Shown here: piece after piece, positions 52,936 through 64,000 of the stretch
Position numbering within the stretch: the stretch's first letter is position 1
How the letters are laid out: each line of letters opens with the position of its first letter
Origin: Nageia nagi
Lineage: Eukaryota; Plantae; Pinophyta
Length of the DNA: 64,000 bases
Assembly: GCA_050084985.1 (NCBI GenBank)
Contig: JBITNC010000002.1
Span: forward strand, 3,038,001-3,102,000
Direction: 5' to 3'
Made by a program: the position numbers and the translations under genes
The notes under the pieces: model-generated
The model's database searches: none
Seen by the model: the letters and a program-made list of their open reading frames with translations, nothing else
Told to the model about the DNA's origin: nothing

Positions 52936-55900
52936 TGTAAAATTCCAAATAATTCTCCAAGAAAATATTAGCCAAACAACAAACAATAAATATCAAATTA
53001 TGCTCCTAGGCATGCCACAAACTGATCTAGGGCATCAAACATACATAATTATGAATCAAAAATGCCAACGACTCACTCTACAAGCCAAATAACACCTTAA
53101 TTGCCCAATGTCATACACAAGGAAGCAAGATTGCATCAAACACACCAAAATATGAGACAAGAGATGGAGATCAAGTGTGCCATGGCTTTATTAATGATGG
53201 AATGGTGAGTACAATATAAACCAGGCCCTCAAGGGCTCAACATTGGCCTCTAAGGAACCAACTAGGGCACATTGATGTGCAAAGATGTACACTGCTATAG
53301 ATATGTTGTAGAATAACCACACTCTACTAGATCTGTGGACGCCACACTGAAGGGCTTCCTCACAGGCTAGCTCTCGACGAAGAAAACGAATGCAGTTCCG
53401 GAATACCATCGAATAGATTCAAAGGTGCAAACCGCTATGGACGCCTCAGGGTAGGGGAACCTCACAACACTAACATTCACCTCAATCGCTAGACAGAAGG
53501 TGTTCTAAGCCTCTTGGACTCTCCTTCGTCTACAAGCCCAAGGGTGCTTGACGCTGCCAAGACTTGAGACTAATATTGCATTTACAATTATTAATTGGCC
53601 TTGGAATCATGTATTACAACTCATACAAGTGGCCCCCATTATTACTATGATAAAACATACTAAATCTACTCTTAATTACCAAGCTCACACCTAAATATAA
53701 TCCATAACTAACTCATTTCTCAAGGAGAGGGACATCACACTCCAAGGGTAAATATGGAGATGTTCTTGGATTTCTATGTGCGGACGCGGTATGGAAGACT
53801 GGTTCCACTAGCAAAATTCAAGAGGCCATAACTCTTTCATTTCCTAATGAAACCATGTCGTATAACCTATCAAAACGCTTCCCACGAGATGCTCTATCCA
53901 ATGAAGAAGTTTAATCAACCATCCAAAACTTGTGGTGAACTTTCTTTCCAAAAAGGGAACACTTGGGATCCCAAATTTCACCAATTTAGCCCAAAAGGGG
54001 ATGTTACAAAGCCTCCCCTCTTGCTTTCCCTCAAGCAATTGCAATACAATCCCCAGGTCCCAAATCAATATCAAAGAAGTAGGTCCATCATGTTGTTGTT
54101 GCACCTCTGTATTCTTCTTGGAAAAAATGAACAAGGATGCAAGGGCAACATCAACATGTAAAGATACAATTCTGCAAAAATCCATCAATGCCACATCAAG
54201 ATCCATACATGTTGATTTGTGAAGTACTATCTTCGCCATCATCTCATCATCCTTCATGTTTTGCAAGTGCGCATATATGAAATCTATCAATTCCTCTACA
54301 AACTCAATTCTGATGTAAAGCCGACCCCAAACTAGGAATGAAAGTGAACTAGTAGCCTTTATTCCCTTCCCAAATCAACCAATGAATGGTACTCAGGTTT
54401 AAAATAAAAATCAGAACTCAACATCTCAAAATTAGCCCTCATGACTTCCCAATCAATGTACAAATATGTATCAATAGTTAGCAAAAAGGTTGCCAACATT
54501 GGGTCTTCACAATTACACTTAAATGGTGCAAGGAGTGCCAACCAAAAGGTCTCCAACTATGTCCTAATAGCAATCAACAAATTAGTCCCTGAAATACCAA
54601 TAATCCAAACAAAGCCTCTTATCATCACCAAACAGTCATCAATGATTGCAGCCATTAAGTCAGGGATAGCAGTCATCAAATAATGCATCAACAATGTGTG
54701 TAAAGACAAGAAATATTTCTTGATCATTGGCAGCCCTTATCAAGTGCAAAGCATTTCTTATATCATCTTCAACAGTCCTTGCATCAACAATAAGTTCAGC
54801 CCATACTGAGTGTATATCAATCCCAAAGTCATGAGCAAAGAGTACAATGAAAGTCCCATTGTTATCAGCAATTAATGCAGCCCCTATGGAGTGAATAACA
54901 GTCCTGGAATGGTATCTGAATGATGCAATAACAGTCCCAGAATGGTATCCAACTGATGCAATAAGAGTCCTCCTGTTAACAACAAACAAGATGCCCTCCC
55001 ATGCTTGGACGTTTCCTCCAAAATTATTATAAAAGGATGCAAAAACAGTGAACATATCAGCAATAGTCAATGCACCAACATATGCATTCTACAGTATATG
55101 GGAAAAATCCCCTACTGGCCATCAAGTGCAGCCATCAAAAGTGACTCAGGTCTGAAGCAAAATTCAGCCACTAATGCTCCAGAATCAGTCCTACGCATCT
55201 CATTCCCTGCCCACTTTGTCAACACTTTGCCTCTCAAAGTTGGTACAACTGCAGTTCAAAATTTTATGAGAATTGCAGCCTCCAAAGTCTTCAATGATGA
55301 ATAGTCAACAGCCCTTAGATCAACTTCAACAACAACCTCAACCCTTTCCTCAAAACCCAGTAAGTATGCAGTCTCTACAAAAGTCATTACGGTTTTTCTC
55401 ACGACACTGACAACAATATGGCAATTTGAGCCTTGGTCAGAAGTGCAGTCCCAAATAGTATTTTAGCAATTTTGTTTGGGTGCATAACTGCCCTCACCTC
55501 CTTGTTATTCGCCAGATCCCTCAAGGCCAAAGGAAACCAGTCTTTTATTGCTCTTCTACTCTTATCAGGGCCACTTTCTATCAACCAACTATTGTTAGAT
55601 TTCAAGACCAAATTAAAGGTTGTTGTATACCTTTTCCAAGTGCTCTTATGTATGTGCCAAGTCTCCCAAAAGTCCCAATGACGCCTTAGAGAGTGGATGT
55701 CTCTTTCTAGGACTAGATATTTATGAGTCAAACGTACTAAACCTCCAAACAATGATGGATGACTGCCATAAAGATAAGATCTAATGTCACACCCCTTTGC
55801 AGTAACTTCATGACGGTTTAAGATCTCAAGAAGACACAAATGATGCCTCCAAAGATGGACGTTCCCTCCTAAAGCAAAGAGTGTTGGTTTTGGATGTGCA

Positions 55901-58467
55901 ATACTCCCCTCTAGATCCTCCAAATTTGGACGTTCTTCTTCAAGGGCTGAAGTTGCAAGAGAGAAATCTCCAATAGCCTCCATACCTTCATCCTTCATGT
56001 CCTCTTCTGGATTTGACATGCTATTCTCTCCTTCGCCATTTGTGCCACTTTCCATTTTGGGCTCAAGATTTTCTTCATGCTCTATATCATTTTCATCAAT
56101 GTGGTCAAGGGAGCAAATGCAATGATCCTCATCCTGTACGTCCTCTATGCTACGTTTTTCCAACTTAGGGCTTTCTTCCTTTTCAATGTTGCCCTCTTCT
56201 ATCATAGCCTTCTTGCAAAATTCTTCAATTTTAGGGCCAATAATCTTTGCCTCAAGATCCATTTCTGATTTGTAATTCACTAGATTCTTTTTCTTTTTAG
56301 ATCTTGGTGTAGAATCTCCTGATAACGACCTATAGAAGCTCTTTCAAAAGCTCCCTTCTTCTTGATCCTGCGCAACAACACGAATAGATGGTTGTACCGG
56401 GTTAGATCTGAACTTTGGTTGTAGATCTCTTCTCCCATCAAACTGCATGAATGAACTACTGTCATAAAAATCAGAATTGCTTTCATACCTTTTTGGAGTG
56501 TCATTATGGCGGATCCAAGTCTCATAATGGTACGAATGATGCCCTAGAGGATAGGCGCTCTTCTCCAAGGTTGAGATCTCTCAGATCAAAAGCTCTTCAC
56601 TCCCCTGCGACCTCACTTTCTTCCCCAAAACTCCAAATAATCCTGATAATTAATTGCTGCCCTAAATTCTTTTGGATTTTCCATGTACTCCTGGTGTAGG
56701 GCATTCCACTCCCATGGATCTATAAGATTTGGATCATCCTCTTGCCTCGAAAGGAACATGGGCTTGGTCAGTCTAGGCAATGGTGATGAATGGCCAACCA
56801 AAATATCTCCTCCTCATAGATCTCGTGCATACCCTGATCTATGTCAAAATGTCTCAACTCCTCCCTGATCTTGTTTCTGTGTAGATCCTGTTCTATGAAA
56901 GTGTGGTGGAATCCTCTCCTTCAAATTTTGCATAGGTCCATACTCCATTGGTCGAGCAAGCATTGCCCTAGTAGCATAACTCCCACATGTCGGATGAGAA
57001 ACTCTCCTACGCATGTCAGTAAGTAATTCCTCTCCTTGCTTAACATCTTGATGATTTAACTCCTTGAGTAATCTCTGCATTACTTCAATGGTGGTGTTTA
57101 GCTTCTCTATACTGATTGCAGATTTGAAAGGCTCGCTCACTTCCATCTTCACAGGATGGTAGGATCAAGCTCTGATACCACTGTAAAATCCCAAATAATT
57201 CTCCAAGCAAATATTAGCCAAAAAATAAGCAATAAATATCAAATTATGCTCCTAAGCATGCCACGAACTGATCTAGGGTATCAAACATGCATAATTATGA
57301 GCCAAAAATGCCAACGACTCACTCTATAAGCCAAATAACATCTTAATTGTCCAACGTCATACACAAGGAAGCAAGATTGCCTCAAACAAACCAAAATATG
57401 AGACAAAAGATGGAGATCAAGTGTATCATGACTTAATTAATGATGAATGAGGAGTACAATACAAACCAGGCCCTCAAGGACTCAATGTTGGCCTCCAAGG
57501 AGGTAACTAGGGCACATTGATGTGCAAAGATGTACACTGTTGCAGATATGTTGTAGAACAACCACACTCTACTAGATCTGTGGACGCTACATTGAAGGAC
57601 TTTCTCATAGGCTAGCTCCCGACAAAGAGAACAAATACAATTTTGGAATACCATTGGATGGATTCAAAGATGTAGACCACTATGGATGCCTTAGGGTAGG
57701 GCAACCTCACTGCATGAACATTCACCTCAATCACTAGTTAAAAGGTGTTCTAAGCCTCTTGGACTCTCCCTGGTCTACACACCCAAGGGTGCTTGACATC
57801 GCCAAGATTTGAGAAGCTCCGAAGAGTAAAGGGGGTTTCAGTATCAAATTCAACATATTTATACAATGATGTGAATCTCCTTTATATAGTTTTCTCCTAG
57901 ATCTCACCTAGGAATCATGTGCATGCCTTTCTAATCCAATGTTGCCTTGGGATGCCAATAATCACATTTAGCAGTCCACATTACAATATCCAATGGCTAG
58001 ATATGCAATGCCTCATATTGGAGACTAATATTGCATTTACAATTATTAATTGGCCTTAGAATCATGTATTACAACTCATACAAGTGGTCCCCATTACTAC
58101 TATGATAAAACACACTAAATCTACTCTTAATTACTAAGCTCACACCTAAATATAATCTATAACTAACTCATATCCCAAGGAGAGGGATGTCACACTCCAA
58201 GGGGTCAATATGGAGATGTTCTTGGATTTTTGTGTGCAGACACGGTATAGAAGATTGGTCCCACTGGTGAACTTCAAGAGACCATAACTCTTTCGTTTCC
58301 TGATGAAACCATGTCATATAACCTATCAAAACACTTCCCACAAGATGCTCTATCTAATGAAGAAGTCTAATCAACCATCCAAAACTTGTGGCGAACTTTA
58401 TTTTCAAAACGGGAACACCTAGGATCCCAAATTTCACCAATTTAGCCCAAAAGGGGATGATGTTACA
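52936..58467 (-). mobile_element. Non-autonomous LTR element, 5.5 kb; 5' LTR 57182-58467, 3' LTR 52936-54008
   Basis: TGTAAC...TTTTACA LTR pair; PBS TGGTATCAGAGC at 57169-57180; PPT GAGGGGAGG near 54012-54020; TSD GTGTC/ATGTC; no RT or IN. Confidence 0.92.
55399..56280 (-). CDS. 293-aa ORF of unknown function inside the non-autonomous LTR element
   Basis: Open frame with acidic N-half; no recognisable domain. Confidence 0.3.
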   Translation of the reverse strand: MNYKSEMDLEAKIIGPKIEEFCKKAMIEEGNIEKEESPKLEKRSIEDVQDEDHCICSLDHIDENDIEHEENLEPKMESGTNGEGENSMSNPEEDMKDEGMEAIGDFSLATSALEEERPNLEDLEGSIAHPKPTLFALGGNVHLWRHHLCLLEILNRHEVTAKGCDIRSYLYGSHPSLFGGLVRLTHKYLVLERDIHSLRRHWDFWETWHIHKSTWKRYTTTFNLVLKSNNSWLIESGPDKSRRAIKDWFPLALRDLANNKEVRAVMHPNKIAKILFGTALLTKAQIAILLSVS

Positions 58468-61400
58468 ATGTCATAGTGGATGACCAAAAGAAGTTATGGC
58501 AGAAGAAGGGCTGCATGATTTTGTTCGACTGTTGGGAAGATCAAAGGGGAGGACATTGATAAACTTTCTCGTTGCTTCAAGAGGAGGCACAATTATTTTG
58601 AGATTTGTGGATGCCTCTAACAAAGTAAAAAATAGAGGTACTCTTTTTCAGTTGTAAGAGTCAGTGATCTTGGACCATTGTAATCATTGATAATGCAGCT
58701 GCATATGTTGCAATAGGAAGAGATCTAGAGGAGAGGTTTCCTACATTGTTTTGGATAACTTGTGTGGCCCATTGCATTGACTTCATATTGGAAAAATATC
58801 CTGGATGATTGAATATGTTGCAAATGCTAAGAAGATCATAAAATTCATTTATAACCATAGTTGGGTTTTGGATTTGTTAAGGCAACACATTGAGGGAAGG
58901 GATATCATGCGACCAGGAATCACATGATTTGCAACAAACTTTCTAAAGCTTTAGATCCTTTATTCTAGAAAAGCAGGTGTGAAGAGGATGTTCATCTTAG
59001 ATGAATGGAACCAATCAGAGTGGAGCACACGTGTGGATGGTCATGTGTGTGCAAACATTGTGTTTGATCATGGTTTTTGGAAAAGGCCATGGAAAAGGCC
59101 AAAGAGACCATCAAGAGGTACTAAATAAATATGTCAGTCAAATATCCACAAGCCAATACATGCTGCATCATAGTTCCTAAATCCAAAATTTTACTTTGCT
59201 GAATCATCAAACTTTGAATCCGATGATGAAGTTTTGAGTGGACTCTATTTGTGCGTTGAGAGGATGGTGGCACGTGATGAAGATAAAGTTATGCAAATAT
59301 AGAAGGAATTGACAACATATAAGAATGCAAATGGCTACCTCTTCTCTAGTATTACTTGCATCACATCAAGGGAAACTGAAATACCAGGTTCAATCATATA
59401 TGTTTATAAAAATTAAAATATAACTTGATGTGAAAATTAAATTTTAAAATTAATAAAATTGTAATCTGATATTTTTTTATTGTTGAATTGTAGTTGTGTT
59501 GTGAGATTCATTTGGTGCAAAATGCTCTCTTCTACAACAATTGGCCATACATATTTAGAGCCAACCTTGCAGCGCTAGTGGGTGTGAGCGCAATTGGAAT
59601 TTATTTGAGCAAATTCATAAAAAAAAATGTAATAGATTGATGAAAGAAAGGTTGGACAAATTGGTATTTGTGAACTACAACCTAAGGCTGCGTAATAGAA
59701 GGATCGAGGGGATTGATAGGGATCCTATCAATTTGGTAACATTGATCACACAAATTCATGGATCAAATCTATGAATGATTGGCAAGATGATATTCTCGAA
59801 GGGGATGGTCTAGAACACCTAAAGAGGGAGATGGAAAAAGATACTGCAACAGAATAAGATTCTAAATTTGAAATTGAAAGTCAAGACCAACCAATCTCAT
59901 CAAGTGCACTAACAACATCAAGGGCATATGAAACTAGGGTAGTTACAAAAGACAAAGCGAGGGGGAAAAAGAGAGCACATCCTTGATGTGTTTGAATTTT
60001 CAGTATCAATTTTGTTTTTTGAAAAATGAAAAGAACATTGCGATATATATGTAATATTTATGATTTTTTGACATAACGTAATTATTAAATATATGAAGTT
60101 ATAAACTATGAAGTTTACAGTTTATCACTTAATATTGCATAGTGATTACATAAAGTATAAACTATGAAGGCTGCACCATTATGTAATTGTTTTGATATCA
60201 TCCATGAAGTACGACATTATGTATAAGCTTATGAAGAATCACAATGAATTGCAAAAAAAACGTAATATTTTGATTTCTAGTGTAGTCTTTTGTGTTTTGG
60301 AGTTTTTGGTAACGCAAAGTTGAAAATGGAATTTGAAATACATATACATATTTTTTACGGTTTTTTTTTTCCGAACTTTTGCTTCTTTTTTGTTGAATCG
60401 GCGATTAAACTTTTCAGCCAACCAACCAATTATTATCGAGGAGTGAAATTTAAAACTTTGGTGTCAAGCAACCATGCATCTTACCATGATGCAAAAGAGG
60501 TATTGAGCACATCACCATCAATACTAACATCAACATTGGATTCCCCTTAAGACTGTGGTCACTACATCGATGCTGTTGGAACTAAAGAACCTATGTGATC
60601 TATTGAGACTGTCAAGGAATAGGATCAACACACAATCGCTTTCTGGTATGTAGAGTAGGCAAAGGAGGGTCATCTCTCCTCCTATGCACTCCTTGTCCTG
60701 AAGAGGCCTAAAAAAGAGGTAATCAGGTGATCACTTGTCGAGTGTTAAGCGTCATATAAGAGATGCTTCCTAAGAAGGAACGCCTCTCTGAGATAAAGTG
60801 GCACACAATGCTAGTTTGAAAACTGAAAGAAGGTTGAAATCGAACTATGGGAGAAGAAATTTGCGGTGAACTAGAACCTAATGTGTTTGAAGATGTGGAG
60901 GTGGATGTACTTACAGGAGCATGATGTGTATCTTCAATTGATTCCTTTGAAGTTTCTTTTCTTTCTTTGGTGACCATCCACCTTGTATACACTTTTCTAG
61001 TTTCCAGCTTGAAACAAAAAAAAAATAGAAGACAATTGTTTATCAATGGATAAACAGTTCAAGGCCCTCCTAGCACCAATCTATGTTGGGATGGAAATCC
61101 TTCTTCTTACAAGATTCATTGGAAGATGGCAGACTAGGAAAGCATCACAACATTTGGATGAGACAACGTTACCTATCCCCACTTGAAAGGACTAATACCC
61201 CAAGGTTTCTATCTTCAAATGTGCCTAGCTAGTGGATAAAATCCTAGATTAGGTTAGTCAAGGAGAGATGATAGCAATCATCCACATAATAAGGCCTATG
61301 GAATGTTTTCACAATGGTCAAAGTTGCAATCGGTTCTTGAAAAAAATAAAAAGAAAACAAGAAAAGCTTAAAAGAAAAGAGAGCAAAGAATGAATTAGTG

Positions 61401-61747
61401 AGCACACTATCTTCTCAATAGATCACATTTCACCAGTAATGCAATGTTTAAGTCACTTATCTTCTAAATTTATTAAGAAACACTATCCATTCATCCAATT
61501 TGCCATTCATGACTTTGTCCAAATTATAAACAAACAGGAGCACAAAGCAATTCGATCAAATATGGATAAGAATAGAAAAGATGGGAACAACACACAAGTT
61601 TGAATAGATGTTTCTAATCTAATGTCATAGAAAAAAGTTACATTCAGATTACATTTACTTAACATGCAAACTGTGGAAGATATCAATCAAGTAAAAATTC
61701 CAATGCTTCGAAAAATATCCAACCAATTTTTCTTAAATTATCCGAAT

Positions 61748-62380
61748 TGGATCATGTGTCAGGTTGTCTTTTCAGGAGCAATACTCATTCCAGAGGTATA
61801 TGTGCTTGGAGACAGATCAAAGATCAAAATCTAGATTTTTTTGGCATTCAGTTTTAGGCCGCTAGCTATGTGCAAATTGCTGATTTTAGGCCGCTAACGT
61901 GTACCTTGATGAGTCAGCAAGAGCATTTGAAGAGACATTGGCATTTCGAGAGACTAAGCAGTTCAAGTTCCTTGGCCGACATTCAGAGTGTTTTGGAGGC
62001 TTATTTAGTGGCGTATCTTGTTCTTTGAATTCTCAATGAGGATTGTAGAGTTTTGGGATTTTAGAATTGTAATAGTTTGAAGGAAGACCAAGATTCATTC
62101 CAGAATTCTTGTAGTTATGAAATTGTTTTCTTCATGCTATAGGAGGTTGCAGTAATTGTAGGAGATTGTATTGCCATTGTGTTGATGGTATTTCTCTATG
62201 CATGTAATATTGTAATGTCCATAGACAATGACAAGAGAAGGCTCCAATTCTATGTTGGATTAGCCCACATTGGGTGAACCAAGGTAAATCATTGTGTTGA
62301 TCTTGTTGTGTTTTTGAGATTGTAAGTTTGTGATTTACATTATGCGAATTTAAAATTTATATGCAATTTGTATGATCTCA
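61748..62380 (+). mobile_element. Probable small solo LTR nested in the 61084 LTR
   Basis: TGGATCAT...ATGATCTCA ends; GGATTAGCCCACATTGGGTGAACC motif; TSD not clean. Confidence 0.45.
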
Positions 62381-62859
62381 TAATGGTGAATGTATTTTCC
62401 TTCGAATCTGTAAGTGAGGATCCGAGTATGCTATAAGCATCCGGTGATTACGGATCATTAAAACTCTAGATTTCTAAAGAAAATGCATCCAAGCATAAGG
62501 ATCCCTGCAAGGAGATATCAAATTCAAGAATTCAGATCCACAATCTCATAGAATGAAATGTCTATGTGATTCTTAAAGTTGCCCAATTCAACAAGAAAGA
62601 GTTCTCAATGTGTAAAAGTTTTATCTCCTTTTGAGAAAACTTAGTTGATCCTCCTCCAAAATGACCCCCTCTTGAGGTATTTGTTGTGCCTGCACTACAC
62701 CCCCAAAAACTTGCATTTTGAGGACCCTCACAAAATGGCAAATAAAGACATGGAGGAAATTTGTTTTTCAAGGAAATGCATGCATCTTAGTCTAGCAAGA
62801 AGAAATATGACAAAATCTGCATTTTCATGATGAAAACAAGTCAAAAAAATGTCATCCTG

Positions 62860-63882
62860 CCTTAGGCGCATGTTTTAAGGGACATGCTTTTGCATGTACC
62901 CTAGAACGTGCGCCCTCCTTCATGCTGCATATTTTGCATTGAGTCTTGCATTTTCAGTCTTAAAACTACATTTTTCATGTCCATCATGCTACAAAAATTG
63001 CATCCCCTCCATTGCATTCCATTCTGATCAATTTTGAAGGAAAATCTGCATTTTGTCATTGAGCGCATGTTTTGAGGGACATGCTTTTTGCATGTCCCCA
63101 AAACGATGTGACCAAGATCAGTGAGGAATCCCTATACTTAGAAAATTCTCAAAGTTGCACAAAAAGGAAGAGAGCGCATGTTTTGAGGGACATGCAAAAC
63201 GGTGCGCATAGGCTAAAGAAGAATTTCGGTACTTAGTCCTTTTTTTTTAGAAAATTGTAAAGGAAGGCTAAGCGCATGTTTTGAGGGACATGCTTTTGCA
63301 CATCCCCAAAACGGTGCACCCAGCTTCAAGGCATAAAATTTGGCTAAGTGTTGGACCCAGGCATTGACAAGTGTGATCACATGCACTCAACCTTCATTTG
63401 TAATTTTGTACCAATCATATTGTGACACCTGTCCAGCCCTAGGAAACTTATAAAAGGAAGGTCAGCCTCAGTATTTAGTTTGGTTGGTCGAATTTGGAGC
63501 CTTTTGCAGAGCCAAGTCACGAAAGCACATCCCCTAAAACGTGCACCTTGTTTTGGATCATTAATTTCAAGTCATTTTCATAATCTTTTGCATTGGGAGG
63601 TGTGCCACAGACTAGGCACATGTTTTCTGGTGTGTTCTTAGGCACTCACCTAAATTGGTGCGCCCGTCTCCAAACGTCCTGGCCTAGGGTCAAATTTGCC
63701 TGAGTATAAAATCAAAGTGAAGGGCTAGGCACATGCTTTTGCACCCCTCTCAAAAGGTGCGACCAAGATATGAAGGCTTTCAAGTTTGATGAAAAGTGAC
63801 TAAGTCCTTTTGTAGAACACAAGGTGGCTAGCGTATGCATTTTGGTACATGCTTTTGCATGTCCTCAAAACGGTACGCCCAT
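62860..63882. repeat. Array of ~7 hairpins (A/G)GCGCATGTTTTGAGGGACATGC-TTTT-GCATGTCCCCAAAACGGTGCGCC with variable linkers
   Basis: Units at about 62863, 63061, 63172 (deleted), 63270, 63613, 63726 (deleted), 63829. Confidence 0.85.
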
Positions 63883-64000
63883 TACTCTGGCTCCGCTATT
63901 TGACCTTACTTTCAGCCAACCAAAGGGTGACACTGGTAATTTTGAAGACTATATATATTAAGTCACCCCTTTTGTCATTTTTCCAGTTCATTTCATTTTG

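Larger units (their letters stand above)
52820..60460 (+). mobile_element. Decayed hAT DNA transposon (DUF659 + dimerisation domain), split by an LTR element; 5' end missing
   Basis: GYKPPTAHDLRG..DVGV|IVDDQKKLWQKKGCMI..DCWED; CVAHCID; RPGIT*FATNF; probable intron ~59388-59493; SQPCSASGCERNW...RLDKLVFVNYNLRLR; terminal TTTAAAACTTTG near 60459. Confidence 0.85.
60720..64000 (-). mobile_element. 5' LTR (61084 to >64000), PBS and leader/gag start of a Tat-like gypsy element, truncated
   Basis: LTR end homologous to 36294; PBS-like TGGTGCTAGGAGGG at 61065-61078 (minus); S/T-rich ORF 60723-61046 downstream. Confidence 0.6.

Noticed and set aside
49575-63882. CRISPR interpretation of the palindrome-plus-linker arrays
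   Set aside because: Repeats are ~50 nt and degenerate, linker lengths are irregular, no cas genes are present, and the context is eukaryotic retroelement DNA.
31680-64000. Upstream AAO FAD/FeS exons
   Set aside because: No matching minus-strand ORF or motif found; they are presumably beyond the window.

Overview
Plant nuclear DNA, most likely a gymnosperm (inferred from giant TE-filled introns and the LTR families present). Essentially the whole window lies inside one minus-strand aldehyde oxidase (AAO-type molybdo-flavoenzyme) gene. Six GT-AG exons of the molybdopterin-binding half are present (31420-31679, 31012-31221, 30606-30824, 8795-9755, 5199-5294, 5028-5126). Introns measure 198, 187, 20850, 3500 and 72 bp, plus flanking introns of >32 kb and >5 kb that run out of the window. 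The large exon has two 1-bp frameshifts, both in G5 runs (assembly error or young pseudogene). The introns hold nested TEs: a young near-intact copia inside an older copia, two non-autonomous gypsy-type elements, at least five TSD-flanked solo LTRs, an inverted pair of extra-ORF retroelements, L1 and RTE/RTEX-like LINE fragments and a hAT relic. The most unusual signal is three separate repeat arrays built from inverted GGCGC...GCGCC half-sites at a nearly fixed 38-40 bp spacing with different spacers; two of them lie upstream of a clear TATA box. All coordinates were read by eye.
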